A stretch of DNA of 64,000 nucleotides from Lingula anatina (Eukaryota > Animalia > Brachiopoda), in assembly GCA_051362555.1 (NCBI GenBank), contig CM120641.1, positions 28,278,401 through 28,342,400 on the forward strand, read 5' to 3'. Positions 28,489-40,484 of this stretch are shown one piece after another. The notes under the pieces were generated by a model, which searched no databases, was not told the DNA's origin, and saw only the letters and a list, made by a program, of their open reading frames with translations. How positions within the stretch are numbered: the first letter of the stretch is position 1; every line of letters begins with the position of its first letter. Both the position numbers and the translations under genes were made by a program.

Positions 28489-30492
28489 TAGAAAACAAAA
28501 TGGTTGCAAATAAAGCAATCACTATTAATTTGATTCTTAAATGTTACAGATGTTTTTATAAGTTATTAAAAATGCAATAAACCAAAACACCCCTCACTCA
28601 AGTTCCCCAAAATACTGAATCATTTAATAATACACAAAGTACATACAAGAAATGAAAAATGCAGATTAATGAAATGCAGATGTAATCTAACAAAATCGCA
28701 GTTGCACAATACAAACATATAGATTTACCTCTTTAGCATGCACTGCCTCAATCCAGTTTGAATACCTGGCCAGTAGCTGCAATGTGAGCTTCCAGAATCT
28801 GTGACAGAGCCCTGAGAGGAATACATCATCAGACCAACATTTGCACAAGCAGGACCACAACACTGTGGTGGAATGTAAGTGAAACTCTTTGGAATCTGGA
28901 AAAGTAAAAATAATAATAATAATAATTATAATTATATAATTATTGGTTATAAAAATGTATCCGATTTAAAACCATACAACAATAGTGGGTTTGGTATTGT
29001 GCTGTCCTTTAACATCATTTAAAAACTACATTACATCTGTAGTAAATTTTGAAAACTTTGAAAAAAGGGGTTTAGTTTTTGGCCTTTGCAAAAAAAAGTA
29101 GTCTCCCTAATGACTTTTAACTTTTTTGTATCTTTGAGTATGGGTCAAGCACAAAATTGTGTCTTCATTTATATTTTTATGTTAATAGTGTACCTAAAAT
29201 TTTGGAATTATTGACAGAACTTAAAACTTGACAGCAAAATGGTCAAATTTACAGACATGTAACTGAAATAAAAGTCAACCCCCTTTCCTCCATTTTAAGA
29301 TAAGCAGGCACATTCCAGTGTCTGTTTAAAAAAAACATATTACCTGCAGTGACATTAAATGGTGTCAGCAAGGCATTCTCAAAGCTTCCAGCAACTTCTT
29401 GAAACCTGCAAATTTAATGTAATTCAAGCATAATAAGTTATTCTGTTTTGATATCGTTAAATACGGTACTTGGCAAACAATAATTCTTAATATTGTTCTT
29501 TATAGTACCAGGCAGGTACTAGTTTTTTATATTGTTCCTTTGAGTACTTAACAACTACTTTTATCCCAGCCTGGAAGAAAAAAAAACTTGATTATTAACA
29601 TACCTTATCTGAAAATATACAGGCAGGCTCCACTTAGACATGAAGGTATTGAAAGATGGATGAGCCCTCAACCTCTTGACACTGGCCTGGGAGCCACACT
29701 GGCACTCAAACTGGTCTACAAATTCCATGCTTATGTTGTATCTCTGGAAATCAAAATTAACAGATTTCATATTACAAATTTTTTTAATTTTTTAAAAACA
29801 TATAATTGTAGACCCCAAAACGTTGTCACCATTGCCATCTTATACCAATTAATTTTATAAGGTTATCTTCTTCCTTCATGGAGAGGGCAATTATTTTACA
29901 CAAATTGTTCAAATCTTATGCCAAGCAATTAATTTTCTATTCTTGATATCCCCTTCTCACCTCATAGAAGAGGTCTGGATTTCCAGGTGCAAATATAAAT
30001 GGAATGTTCCCTTCAACATTGCTGACTATTTCAGGCCACACAGCATTAGTCAAGAAGTCATAGCCACGGACAACCTCTCCACTGGTGCTGCAATAAAAAT
30101 AGTATTGTGTGCATGGCCTCACACTTCATCTGTTCCATAAAAAACACAACAGTTTCTGCTAAAACAGTACAGCAACATTTATATTATCAAAATAAAGTTA
30201 CATCTTTTTGCTTTAAGACAAAGTGCTGATCAGAGTATTATAGTATTATCATAGTATTATCTACCTCTGTAGTGAACCTGAAGTGACTTCTTTGATCAGT
30301 TTACAATGGAGGGGTATAAACTCCAGTATTTTGTGATACATTCCCCGCAAACCTTGTGTATTGGTTTTAATGAACTGGTCACTTATAACCTGGAAATATA
30401 TGCAGATACTGACCTATCATTTAATACACATAGTTTAACAATATCACCATTTTACTTTTGTTCAATGCCACGTGTACACTGACATCTACATC

Positions 30493-30523
<31 letters not shown>

Positions 30524-33034
30524 GTAATAATAATAACAATTCTGTTAATCTCCCCTTTCTATTGCAATTTCCCTTTCAAGTGATCTGCTTATCTAGGTGT
30601 AGCGTGAAAGTATTTATATATTTTTTACTTTCCTAGGTACTCCAAAACACTCCCAAGCATGCATCACTGCAAATGCATCCATACTTACTTCTTCCATGTA
30701 TGGTTTCACTGTATACTGCCTGAAGAGTTGTTCTGCATCTTTCATTTTATCTATTGTGGCATAGGTGCGCAGACACTGCCGCAGGATCTCTGGGTTTTTC
30801 CTCTCAAGGCCTTCTCTGAATGAGCCTTCCAGACTGAATTGCAAGGTGGTGGTAATGGCAGAAATTCTCTGTGGGGGAAAAAAAAGCGCACATTAAAGGA
30901 TCTGACATACAGTGGTAACTCCCTCAAAGTCAGAGAAAACAGGGAACTTACATCAATGGGGATCTTTAATTAACTGTTGCCTGAACATTGACCAGATCCA
31001 CATTATTTCAAAAAGTCTCAGTGAATGAAAAAAAAAGACATTTAGTTGTTTGACAACAATGCCATGTCACATTATTTCATAAAAGGCTTACTTTTAAGCA
31101 CCAAAGAACACTTTGTTTGAAAAAAAATTATCATGTGATATTCTTACAGCATTTTTTTCTAAATGTAGTAAGCTAAGTGCCAAGGGAGGAGAAAATAACT
31201 TACTGGTCTTATCTGTTCCAGAAGAGGGAGTCCCTTACTTTTATTAACATAAAACTGAAGCTTGTTGAACTCAGTTGCCACCCTTTCTATCAGTTGTCCA
31301 TTCAATTCACTGCATAAAATCAAAGACAAACCTAAATGTTCTTTACAATGCAAAACCTTGTAAGAATTACAATTCATATGAGACATAGAAGAACATCCAA
31401 TATTAAGTAAAGTTTGCGAGTATTGTGAATACAAACTATGCGAAAATATAATTCTTGGTACAAGTCCACATGTAATCAAATAACATGATTTGCTGTTCAA
31501 AGACAACTAACTTTTTTTCCATTCAGCTAAAAATGGACACTCTACCTTGCTGACTGCTTAATCTGCTCTTCATCTGCTTCTGGTGGTATCCCCAATAGCT
31601 TCTCCATCTTCTCCACGCAATGGATGATATTCATTAGCCGCTGAACACAGGCCTGAAAAATGTTAATATGCATATAGATAACACTTATCAAGTCTACAGA
31701 GTAAATTACAGTTATATATTTGATTTATATTCCTTTTCAACAAAGAATCCTTCTGTCATATTAAACATCTCTGAATAACAGAACATACAAATAAATGCAC
31801 ATACACGTTTAGCAAATGAAAGTAATTACAGAAAAATTAAAGCATAATAAAACGACACTGAATTAATATTATTTTGAAAGTGCAGAACTTCAATACCTTT
31901 TTGTCCCTACATTCTGCTCTTTTCTTTAGTTTCTCTTCCACTGTACTGATAGCTTCATCCATTGCAGATCTGGCTGCCTAAGGAATGAATTTCAAACAGA
32001 GTTAAAATCCTAGCTAAAAGCATTTTATCAAAATACAAACTTTACTTTTAAACTTCTCAGTACATGTGACTGCAATCTCAAAACAGTAAAAAAGTTGTAA
32101 TAAAAATTTGTTATAATTTTGGTTGCATACAGACCACTTAATATATGCATTTGTTGATTGGCTGTCACTAATCACATCAAATTATTCAGCTTACCAAAAC
32201 TTCTTCTTGAAAGTGTTCAAGTGGCACAGTTAGATTGCTTATTGCTTTGTCCATTCCAACCTAGAAGATATAATGAAATGTCAATGAAGACCTTCAATCA
32301 GCTTGTTGTTTATGTCTAATGAAACAGGCTCCATATATTATGCATTTTAGTATAATTTCCCGAACTGGAAGTAAAGAAGTTGCTAAATCAGATGTTTTCT
32401 GCAGGAATTCAAGCACAACAATCGAATGATGTTGGGGAAACTGAAAGAGTACAGGAATTCTTGAAAATTAATGAGAGGTGCAATAAATGATAACTACATC
32501 AAAAATATCAATATATACTCACCAGATTGGTTGAAAGATTAACAAAGTCTGCATAATCCTTGTTGATGAGTTCTATCATGGCAGTCTTAAGCACCTTAAG
32601 GTAAACACTGAGATCATCCCGCAAGGTTTCCAGAGGAACTCTTCTACGACACTCCACAACAAACTTGTCAACATCAAAATCATCCTGGAAATTTTGTATT
32701 TATTGAAATATTCCATTCCCAAATAAATTAGTTCAAAACATTTCCTGGAAACAGTTCAGTTAAATCCTATTTCATAGTGTTAAAGAACGTATAAAACTTA
32801 GCAGGCAAACTCAATAGGTACTGCAGTAAATAACATTTATTCATGTCTTGTGAACTATTCTCGATTGAGAAGTGCGTTGAAAGAGACAATCTAGCAAATC
32901 GAGTTAGTCTAAACACAGCGGCAACAGTGTTTATAATAAGACATTACCCGCATAAATTCCTCCTTATTAAAACACAGTGTCGAGGGCCCACTGGGCAGTG
33001 GATTTCTCACAGCATCTGTTGCCATCATTACCAT
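25126..33034 (-). CDS. COG2: Conserved oligomeric Golgi complex subunit 2, complete, 18 exons, about 733 aa
   Basis: Exons (minus strand): 33034-32948, 32684-32523, 32260-32195, 31977-31897, 31652-31546, 31309-31204, 30868-30689, 30389-30265, 30087-29961, 29743-29604, 29405-29344, 28895-28729, 28427-28275, 27953-27878, 27585-27440, 26532-26396, 25689-25518, 25233-25126. All introns GT-AG; total 2202 nt in frame. Motifs: GPSTLCFNKEEF, DFDVDKFV..CR.RV.LE.LRDDL, AMIELINKDYADFVNLSTNLVGMDK, FAPGNPD.FY, KWSLPVYFQIRFQE, DIPRLYRRTNREVP, SVKKMEDSLKRLK, SDDDKIRLQ. Start could be 33034, 33028 or 33025. Confidence 0.95.
27249..27380 (+). mobile_element. DINE-1/HINE-like fragment in a COG2 intron
   Basis: ttacctctgccaaggaggta hairpin start, then ...gttagcaacattat..aaaaagttat..ggattttgacgaaatt; reverse-orientation relative at 57770-57917. 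Confidence 0.55.
28434..28488. repeat. (TAA)n microsatellite abutting the COG2 exon 13 acceptor
   Basis: Direct reading. Confidence 0.9.
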
Positions 33035-33340
33035 CTTTTTTTGCAAAATTTTCTTTTAATTTTTGTCCATTTGCTTTCCAAAACCTTGATTCTAAACCGG
33101 CCCACAGCAGACAACTTGGCAAGATGGAGGAAGTTTCTACTTTTCGTACTTTTTCTAGCGGAGAGCAGAGCACCTGCCGCATTCTATTGACACCAGTGGG
33201 CGTCGGTCCCTTTCAAATAACAGAAATAATGCCAACAAGTGAAGTGGATGCATTTTTACTCTTTAAGAATAACCACTGAAAAAATTAAAATAAAATGGTT
33301 AGAACCTTGACGAGCTAACACTAACATAGTTAGGTCACCG

Positions 33341-33608
33341 CAGGGGCGGATTCAGGATGTTTGAAGGGGGGGTCCGGATGCGAAACCGACCATCGCCCCC
33401 TTGGTGTGGGGCTCGGGGCCTGCTCAAGGGCCCCGAAATTTTTTTGGTGTTTTGGAGAGCAAACAGTGCCACTTAGTACGGTTGAGAACTATGATTTAGC
33501 TAGTCAAAAAAATTCTAATTTCAAGAGGGGAATGTTGGTGTGATATATTTTTCAAAAACCGAAGGGGGGGGTCAGGACCCCCTGACCCCTCCTCTAAATC
33601 CGCCACTG
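33341..33608. mobile_element. CAGGG-terminal MITE with 5-bp TSD (hAT5-like), in the COG2 upstream region
   Basis: caggggcggatt...aatccgccactg with TSD caccg/caccg; inverted relative at about 37500-37741. Confidence 0.7.
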
Positions 33609-33797
33609 CACCGGTAAACAACGAAACATTTCAAACAAAATGTTGCGTTTACCATCGTCACTTTTTGGAATTTTACCAATTTTTCAATACGTAGTTTTCA
33701 AAAATGAATCAAATGTTGCCCAACTTAATCTCAGACTCTTGAATTGATTAAATATTGTCACAGACGCTTGGAATTTTTCAAACAATGTGGGAGCTAG

Positions 33798-33799
<2 letters not shown>

Positions 33800-33844
<45 letters not shown>
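33800..33844. repeat. (CA)n microsatellite
   Basis: Direct reading. Confidence 0.9.
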
Positions 33845-33849
<5 letters not shown>

Positions 33850-34439
33850 AATAGTTTTGTAAAGTAAATTGTCAAAGGCACCGATTTTATCACTGGTTCC
33901 ATTATTTCGTAGGCCCTACAACAATGCAGATCATATAAGGTAGCCTTAAAGGAAGATTGGGCACTTGGTGGCTTCATGCGAGACTTGAATTACCAGTAGG
34001 CACCAGTGTTGTGAACCGTGAAAAAACCTGGGTGTCTACTTTGACTCCACTCTCTCCATGGATAGACATCAAATATCACTCAGTGATGTATTAACATTAA
34101 AACATCAGTGCAATTACAGGGTTAATACTTAATATGGAATATTTGTTATTATTGTTATTTTTGAATGCAGATTAATTTTTTTTTTTTTTTGGCTTTAGAC
34201 TATTCATCAAAAAAGTTTGTCAATGAGTGATAAAAAAATTCCAGTCTTCTATTGTGAGATATTTTGATCAATAATATCAAAACTGACATAAGATGTCATT
34301 TAAAAGAAAAGAACACCCCCGGAAAACCATACCAACAGTTTGATGTCAGTGTTAACTTTAAGCTAAGATATTAAAGAAAATGATAGCCTCCGGACAGTGA
34401 TGTGCTACACAGTCAAAGAAATCGTTACAGTAAATCATG

Positions 34440-35130
34440 AAAAGTAATCAATAGCGGGTATGACCTCCAGCAGCAGCTTGCAGCGCCCTCACCCTACTTG
34501 ACAAGTTTTTCAGAGTTCGGATAGGGATATCATTCCACGCAGTGATATGCCTATTTGTCTTTCGTACTTCATCACGATTTACCGGCTGATGACCATAGCT
34601 GTTAATATTATGGGAGTTATTTCCGCCCACAGATTTTCTATTGGGTTCATATCTGGGGAGTTTGCAGGCCAGGGCAGTTGCGAGCTCGATGTGGGTGTGC
34701 GTAGTCGTCTTGGTACAAAAAATTGTTCCTGAAGATGGCTCTTACAAAAGGAAGCATTGTTTATTTTTGTAGAATGTCTATGTTGGAATCCTGGTTGAGG
34801 TTGCCTTCTAAAAAAACCAAATGATTCTGGCCACCGGAATGACATATTCCCCAAACATAGACGCTACCATCCCCTGCTTGCACCCTAGGCAGTAGGCCTA
34901 CACAATCATCGTTATATGCCTCTCGTACACGTCGGCGGCGGATTCGACTGTCAAACCTAAAAACTCGACTGGGGCACGGCACAGTCTAAGGAGCAGGCGA
35001 TCCTGTCTTCTTGTTGTAATACGAAAAAAAAAACAAAAACTGGTCAAGGTCTTTGAGTGGGTGCGCCTGTTGTAGCATTTCTTTGGAGAACTTTACCAAC
35101 GGTTCCCTGATAAATGTAGAATTGCCTATA
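34440..35130 (-). pseudogene. Degenerate Tc1/mariner transposase
   Basis: Frameshifted fragments VQAGDGSVYVWG, WPANSPDMNPIENLW and RVRALQAAAGGHTRY, typical of the Tc1 DDE domain and C-terminus. Confidence 0.85.
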
Positions 35131-35190
35131 ACTGATTTGACTGGCTCTTTATCTTTACATTCTATTTTAATGTCTTAATTTCTTAATTTT

Positions 35191-35195
<5 letters not shown>

Positions 35196-35272
<77 letters not shown>
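35196..35272. repeat. (TA)n microsatellite
   Basis: Direct reading. Confidence 0.95.
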
Positions 35273-35275
<3 letters not shown>

Positions 35276-36293
35276 TCAGTCTTAACTTTCTATTTATTAA
35301 TTGATTTTATTGATATTATTCATCGATCTTATTATGTTCATTTTACCCCTGTAAAGTCCACTGAGGTGGGACTTACCTTTTAGCGATTTCTTATGGATCA
35401 TGGTAATCTTTTAGACTCTAAGTCACCGGTCTTTTATGGTTTGTCTCTTATATATCCCATGTTTTTTTAAAAAAAGAAAATGATACTGAAAAACAGGCAC
35501 AGTCAACAAAATAATAACATGTGAAGTCATTTAAAAGGCATTTAGTATATTTAGAATGCCATTGATCGTCAAAATCATCTATGTAAATAATGTCTTAAGG
35601 AGTCAGTTCAGGTAGTTGGCGATGCCGTTCCAAATACTGTTGTTCAAATCACTTACGTTCATAAAAAAGGCTAATATAACCACTCTGCATCTCTACCATT
35701 TAAGAAGCGACCCATGTTTAGAATTAGACATTTCTATAAGGGGAGATTGAGTACAGGTCAAACTACCATTCTCAGCTACAAACTTCGTGATTGCATCGAT
35801 GGTACAGTGGTACTGTCGTCAGATTCCCAAACCCAATGTTTCGGGTTCAAAAACCAACGTTCTTCTTTGAATTTTGTTTTATTCACGTGTGTTTTAAATG
35901 TTTTAATTTCAAGGTAAAGAGTACAGGTAAATACACCAGAAAATACAGGTGTCATTGAGTCCTCGTCGGTGGCGCAATGGGTAGCGCACCTATATGGTTA
36001 CGAAGCCTTCTTCGACGCCGACAGACACGAAGACGCCTCGAGTAGGTTACGTGTAGGCCAGGCTAGGTGTAGGTCAAATCAGGCAAAGGTGTAGTCAGCC
36101 TAGGATAGCCTAGGAGTGAGCTAGGAGTAGAAATAAAACTTAGAAAACCAAATAGGCATTGAGATATAAGTTAGAAAATCCAATAGGTGTTGACGAAAAA
36201 TAGACAAAGTTCTTTAAAAAAGTGACTTTAAATTTTTTCTGACATTTCCAGTTTGGTGTTTGGATTAATTTTAGTGTCAACTAGCAGGATAGA

Positions 36294-36332
<39 letters not shown>

Positions 36333-37160
36333 TACAGCATTTTCTTTTACCAGGACCAGGAAGTTTGATTATCTTGACACTGCGCATGTATTAAAGAATG
36401 AAAACAAGAAATCTGAAGCTGTTCAACATGAAGGAGATTGAAATTTCAAGTACAACGGATATTGAAGTTACTAAAACCTCTAAAGAACATCTGCAATTAA
36501 AAGTTAGGAAATCAAATCGGAATAGAAAAATTGGAAAGTTATACAAAAGTAGTGCTGTGAAAAAATAGTTAGTTTTTTTACTGACATTTCCAGCATAGTT
36601 CCCGCATTGGGTTATTTAAATATCAAGTATATTTAAAAAAAAAGTCCAATTTAACCACTCTGCATCTCTATATACCATCTAAAAAGCGACCCATGTTGAG
36701 GAGAATTAGAAATCTGTAAGGGGGAGATTAGATTGTGTACATGTGAAGACACCATTCTACGTTAACGTCGCCTTGATATCGTCGATGGTACAGTGGTGAA
36801 GGCGTCGGATTCCCAAACCAAATGTTTCGGATTCAGTGTCAACGTTGGACCTGTTATGTCCATTTATTAACATGTTTTTGCAATATTTTATTTCAATTTC
36901 TACAGTACAGGTAAATACAACAAGTAATGCAGGTGCTTGGATTAATCTAGTGTCGTCTAGCAGATGTCATTTTTACGACCCCTCTCTCCTTCAAAGTTTC
37001 CGAGACTTCGTAAGTTTTGACGATAAATTGCCAGGCCTTTATAAATTTGGTCTTTCTCGGGTGATTGTCATGAAGAAGAATAGGAGTAAAAATTTAAAAG
37101 TATACGCACTAAACAGGTTTAAATTCAGGCCCTGCAATTTTAAAATGGGGGGGGGGGGAG

Positions 37161-37350
37161 GGGTCTTTTCCCATTCCCACAGATATTTGGATCGATCTAT
37201 TTCCCTGGGGAGTCTCACTAAATTGCTATCAACTAACCGGTTTTTATAAATGTCTGTCACGCCTACCGAATCAGCTAGGGGGTAAAGTTAATTACCCCCT
37301 AACACTAACAGCATTACTAGGCGTGACAGGCATTTAAGCCGGTTAAAGTT
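37161..37350. mobile_element. Partial copy of the 215-bp Harbinger-like MITE
   Basis: cccattcccacagat..gatcgatctatttccctggggagtctcactaa matches the family at 13836 and 56502. Confidence 0.55.
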
Positions 37351-37499
37351 GATAGCCACCGTACCGGATCTGGCAATATCTTGCTAAGGTTAGGCATGAC
37401 TGATGTGGACCAGATGCCCGAGGCTGTCTGGGGAAGACTCTGTTCTGTCTGTCTACTTGGGGGGGGAAAATCCAATGATTGACATGTTAGGAGGACATG

Positions 37500-37741
37500 G
37501 CAGCACTGACCACCCCCTTCGATTTCTGAGAAAAATCACACCTATGGTCCCCTCTTGAAATTAAAATTTTGACTAGCTGAATCAAAGTTCTTAACGTACC
37601 AAATAGCACCGTTCGCCCTCTAAAATACCCAATCTTTTCTGAGCCCTTCAGTTGGCCCCAAACCCCACGCCAAAGAAGGGTGGGGGTCAGCTTTACATCT
37701 GCAACCCCCCCCCCCTTCAAATAATTCTGGATCCACCCCAG
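37500..37741 (-). mobile_element. Inverted copy of the CAGGGG MITE at 33341
   Basis: cccctcttgaaatta..tttttgactagct and ccccccttcaaa..tggatccacccc are reverse complements of segments of 33341-33608. Confidence 0.65.
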
Positions 37742-38043
37742 TTATTTATTTTGAAATGGAACAAAACTGGTTCAAGTGCTAAGAAAAGACAACCAATAAT
37801 TCTTTGGTAGGATTTTTTTATTATTTATTCATTTATTTTATTATTATTATTTTTTGCTAGAAAATATTAGATTTGACACAAATATGTACTCAGTATATTG
37901 TATAGAATATACCTTCAAGGGTTTATTTTAGCAAGTTTAATAAAACTGCCCATATTTACATGTTAGTTCCATGGTGCTGGTCATCATCATCATCCGATTT
38001 TTTTTTATACTGGCCGGGATTAATCCTCAACAGAGGGTGGGGC

Positions 38044-39145
38044 TAGCACGAAAGTTCATGCGTTAGCACTCCTATTGACGATACTGATAATATTATGTAC
38101 TGTCTGTGCAGATCTTAGCACAGCTCAGACAGTACATATCAGAATCGTCAATAGGAGTGCTAACGCATGACACCCAAACCCAATATAGAGGTGCATTTCA
38201 CATGCTGAAGTGGCAAAAAATAAAAATGAACGAATTCAAAATTGTGTTCAATATTTCAAAACATATATGTGTATAGAACAAAAATCCACGACTGTCTCAA
38301 TTGAAATTCAATTTTTAATTTTTACCATGTCTTTAAAATTACGCAAAGAGCCCTATATGGTAACGTATGTTCCAAAAACGTACCGTGACGTATGTTCCTT
38401 GCCATTTAATTTTCATTTTTATGCCGCGTTCCGATGTATTTTTTAGTGGTTCAATCATGGTAAATTAGACATGACGTAAGGACGTTTTTATAAAATTAAT
38501 ATTTTAACTGTATCTCAAGGGGCTTTGCGTCATGGCTTATACTAGGGTAAGGTATGTTCCCTAGAAAAATTGTCAAAATGTTTCATTTTGTTCAAGTACT
38601 TGTGCGCAAGAGATACAATGTTTTCTTTTGCTGACCGAACAATATATTGTGGTTCCATGATAGTTTGACATAATAATATTTGAATCATGAAGGGAAAATT
38701 TTTTTATTTAATGCTTATTTTACTGTCGGTAGGGTGTATTTTCCCCATTTTATTAATATTCTGTGACAAGCAAACTTAAGTCGCTCAAAAACAATTAACT
38801 GCTATATACAGAAGATTATGATAATTTTTAGCAACGTTATGCTTGTAGGAGATAAATCAATGAACAAAACCAGTGATGACTGAATTTTCAAAGTGAGTAG
38901 AACGTTTCACAGTTGGACGTTTTGTATTTGTGACAGTAACGTATGTTCCTTTTTGGGGTTAAACGATGAATTATTTTTAATTATTCATGGTTCCAGGAGA
39001 GTGAAACTTTTATACAAGCTTCTTCATGTGGGACCCTAAAATAATCAAACACAGTTAGCAATATGTGCAGTAAATATTTTTAATAAGATGCTTGTGACAT
39101 CAATTGCACCTCTATATTGGGTTTGGGTGATGAACTTTCGTGCTA
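38044..39145. mobile_element. Non-autonomous TIR DNA transposon with TAG termini and 10-bp TSD (AcademH- or MULE-like)
   Basis: TIR tagcacgaaagttcat[insert]cacccaaacccaatatagaggtgca versus tgcacctctatattgggtttgggtgatgaactttcgtgcta; TSD agggtggggc / agggtgtggc (9 of 10 match). Confidence 0.8.
38056..38170. repeat. 115-bp palindromic hairpin inserted in the left TIR of the 38044-39145 element
   Basis: Arms tcatgcgttagcactcctattgacgat-a-ctgat(aatatt)atgtactgtctg and cagacagtacat-atcag-a-atcgtcaataggagtgctaacgcatga around a 19-nt loop. Confidence 0.9.
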
Positions 39146-39665
39146 AGGGTGTGGCCAGTCTGACGCGCAGTCTTCCTCTCCATCTTGATCAACGGATTCG
39201 AATAGCCTACTACTTGTCATAATACTGTGTGGCGTTTTTTACACTGTGGCTGCCCTGCCGATCTCCAACTCTGACATTCGTGGTAGATTGAGACAACGCC
39301 GTTCCCCCAACGGGGCATTATGCCTTGCCGTTGTCTTCTATGCAAAGATCCTCCGCCAAGCCACGTGATGCTAGCACCAGAGCTGAGGTGTGCTGCAGGC
39401 TGCTGCCGGCGTCTACTGCCACCCAGGTTGTGGCAGCTCGTAACCCAGAGAGGGGCCAGTAACTCAGGATGGGGGGCTAACGGGTAGTACCCCTTGCCCA
39501 AGGGGTACCCGGAGTGCATTTTCTCACTGAATTGATACCAACTTTGCAATTATTTTTTTTAACCTTTGCGATTATTTTCATTTTTTATTTTTTTGCACCT
39601 CAAACCCCAGGGGGGGCAGCTGCCCCCCCCTGCCCCCCGGAGGCTACGGCCCTGCCCACCTTTAA

Positions 39666-40042
39666 AGGGATAATAACTCTTCGTATGAGATCTATATTTC
39701 ACAATAAAAACATTGTAAACAACTCATAGAAATATAATATATTCTGTTTTACCACAAAAACGGCAGTTATAGCTATTATTCTAATATCTGAGCTTGTCAT
39801 TGGACCACGATCCAAAGATGGCTATATTCTGTAATAATCTCTTAAGAGATTATTACAAAAAAAAAAAAAAAAAAATAATAATAATAATAAAAAAAAAAAA
39901 AAAAAAAACTTTTGAGAAAAAAACAAGGGACTAACTTTGAATGTAGAAATGGATTCATTAACCATTGGTAAGTATGTAAAAATTGCATGTTGTTTACTCC
40001 AGGAAAATTTATTTTTTGGCCAAAACGAACATTATTATCCCT
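39666..40042. mobile_element. TTAA-TSD MITE (Kolobok-like), about 440 bp upstream of the M28B ATG
   Basis: ttaa|agggataata...tattatccct|ttaa; homologous to 14356-14691. Confidence 0.75.
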
Positions 40043-40484
40043 TTAATAATTACATCTTTGTTTTCAGTTAATTTTCATTACGTTATTATAATCTATTAGC
40101 CTTATCACATAATTATCTTTATATTCCTCATGTCGAGTATCCAGGTGACTCCCTTCACCACGTAAGTTTTCATATAATTATTAAACAAAATGTCTCTCTA
40201 TTTCTATAGTATTATAAATGGAAGTGTTACTTATCTCTTGTTGACATAAAGACTTACTAATACAAAGTCTCTCTTTGGAGTGTCACACTGGCTTCTGGAT
40301 GTAGAAATTTATCTAGCTAAGGCTAAAGGTTGAAGAAAGGCACTTCTGTGGAAGTCATAAATATCAAACCAGTCCTTGTGACCTTCAGCAGTGTTTAGGT
40401 TTTGCTTATCATTCACACTCCTGTACTTCACTTGGCTGGTCGTGAATTTAGTATATTGGTTCTCTACTAAGAAGCGTTGTAAAC

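Noticed and set aside
33124-33279. Plus-strand ORF MEEVSTFRTF... head-to-head with COG2
   Set aside because: Short, unrecognised, no convincing downstream exons; AAGATGG is more simply a promoter element.
35792-35860. Functional tRNA-Gly gene
   Set aside because: Acceptor, anticodon and T stems do not pair; treated as a tRNA-derived relic.
40383-40399. Iron-responsive element (C-N5-CAGTGT) in the 5' region of the TfR-related peptidase
   Set aside because: Upper stem ttcag/ttagg has a C-A mismatch and three G-U pairs; too weak.
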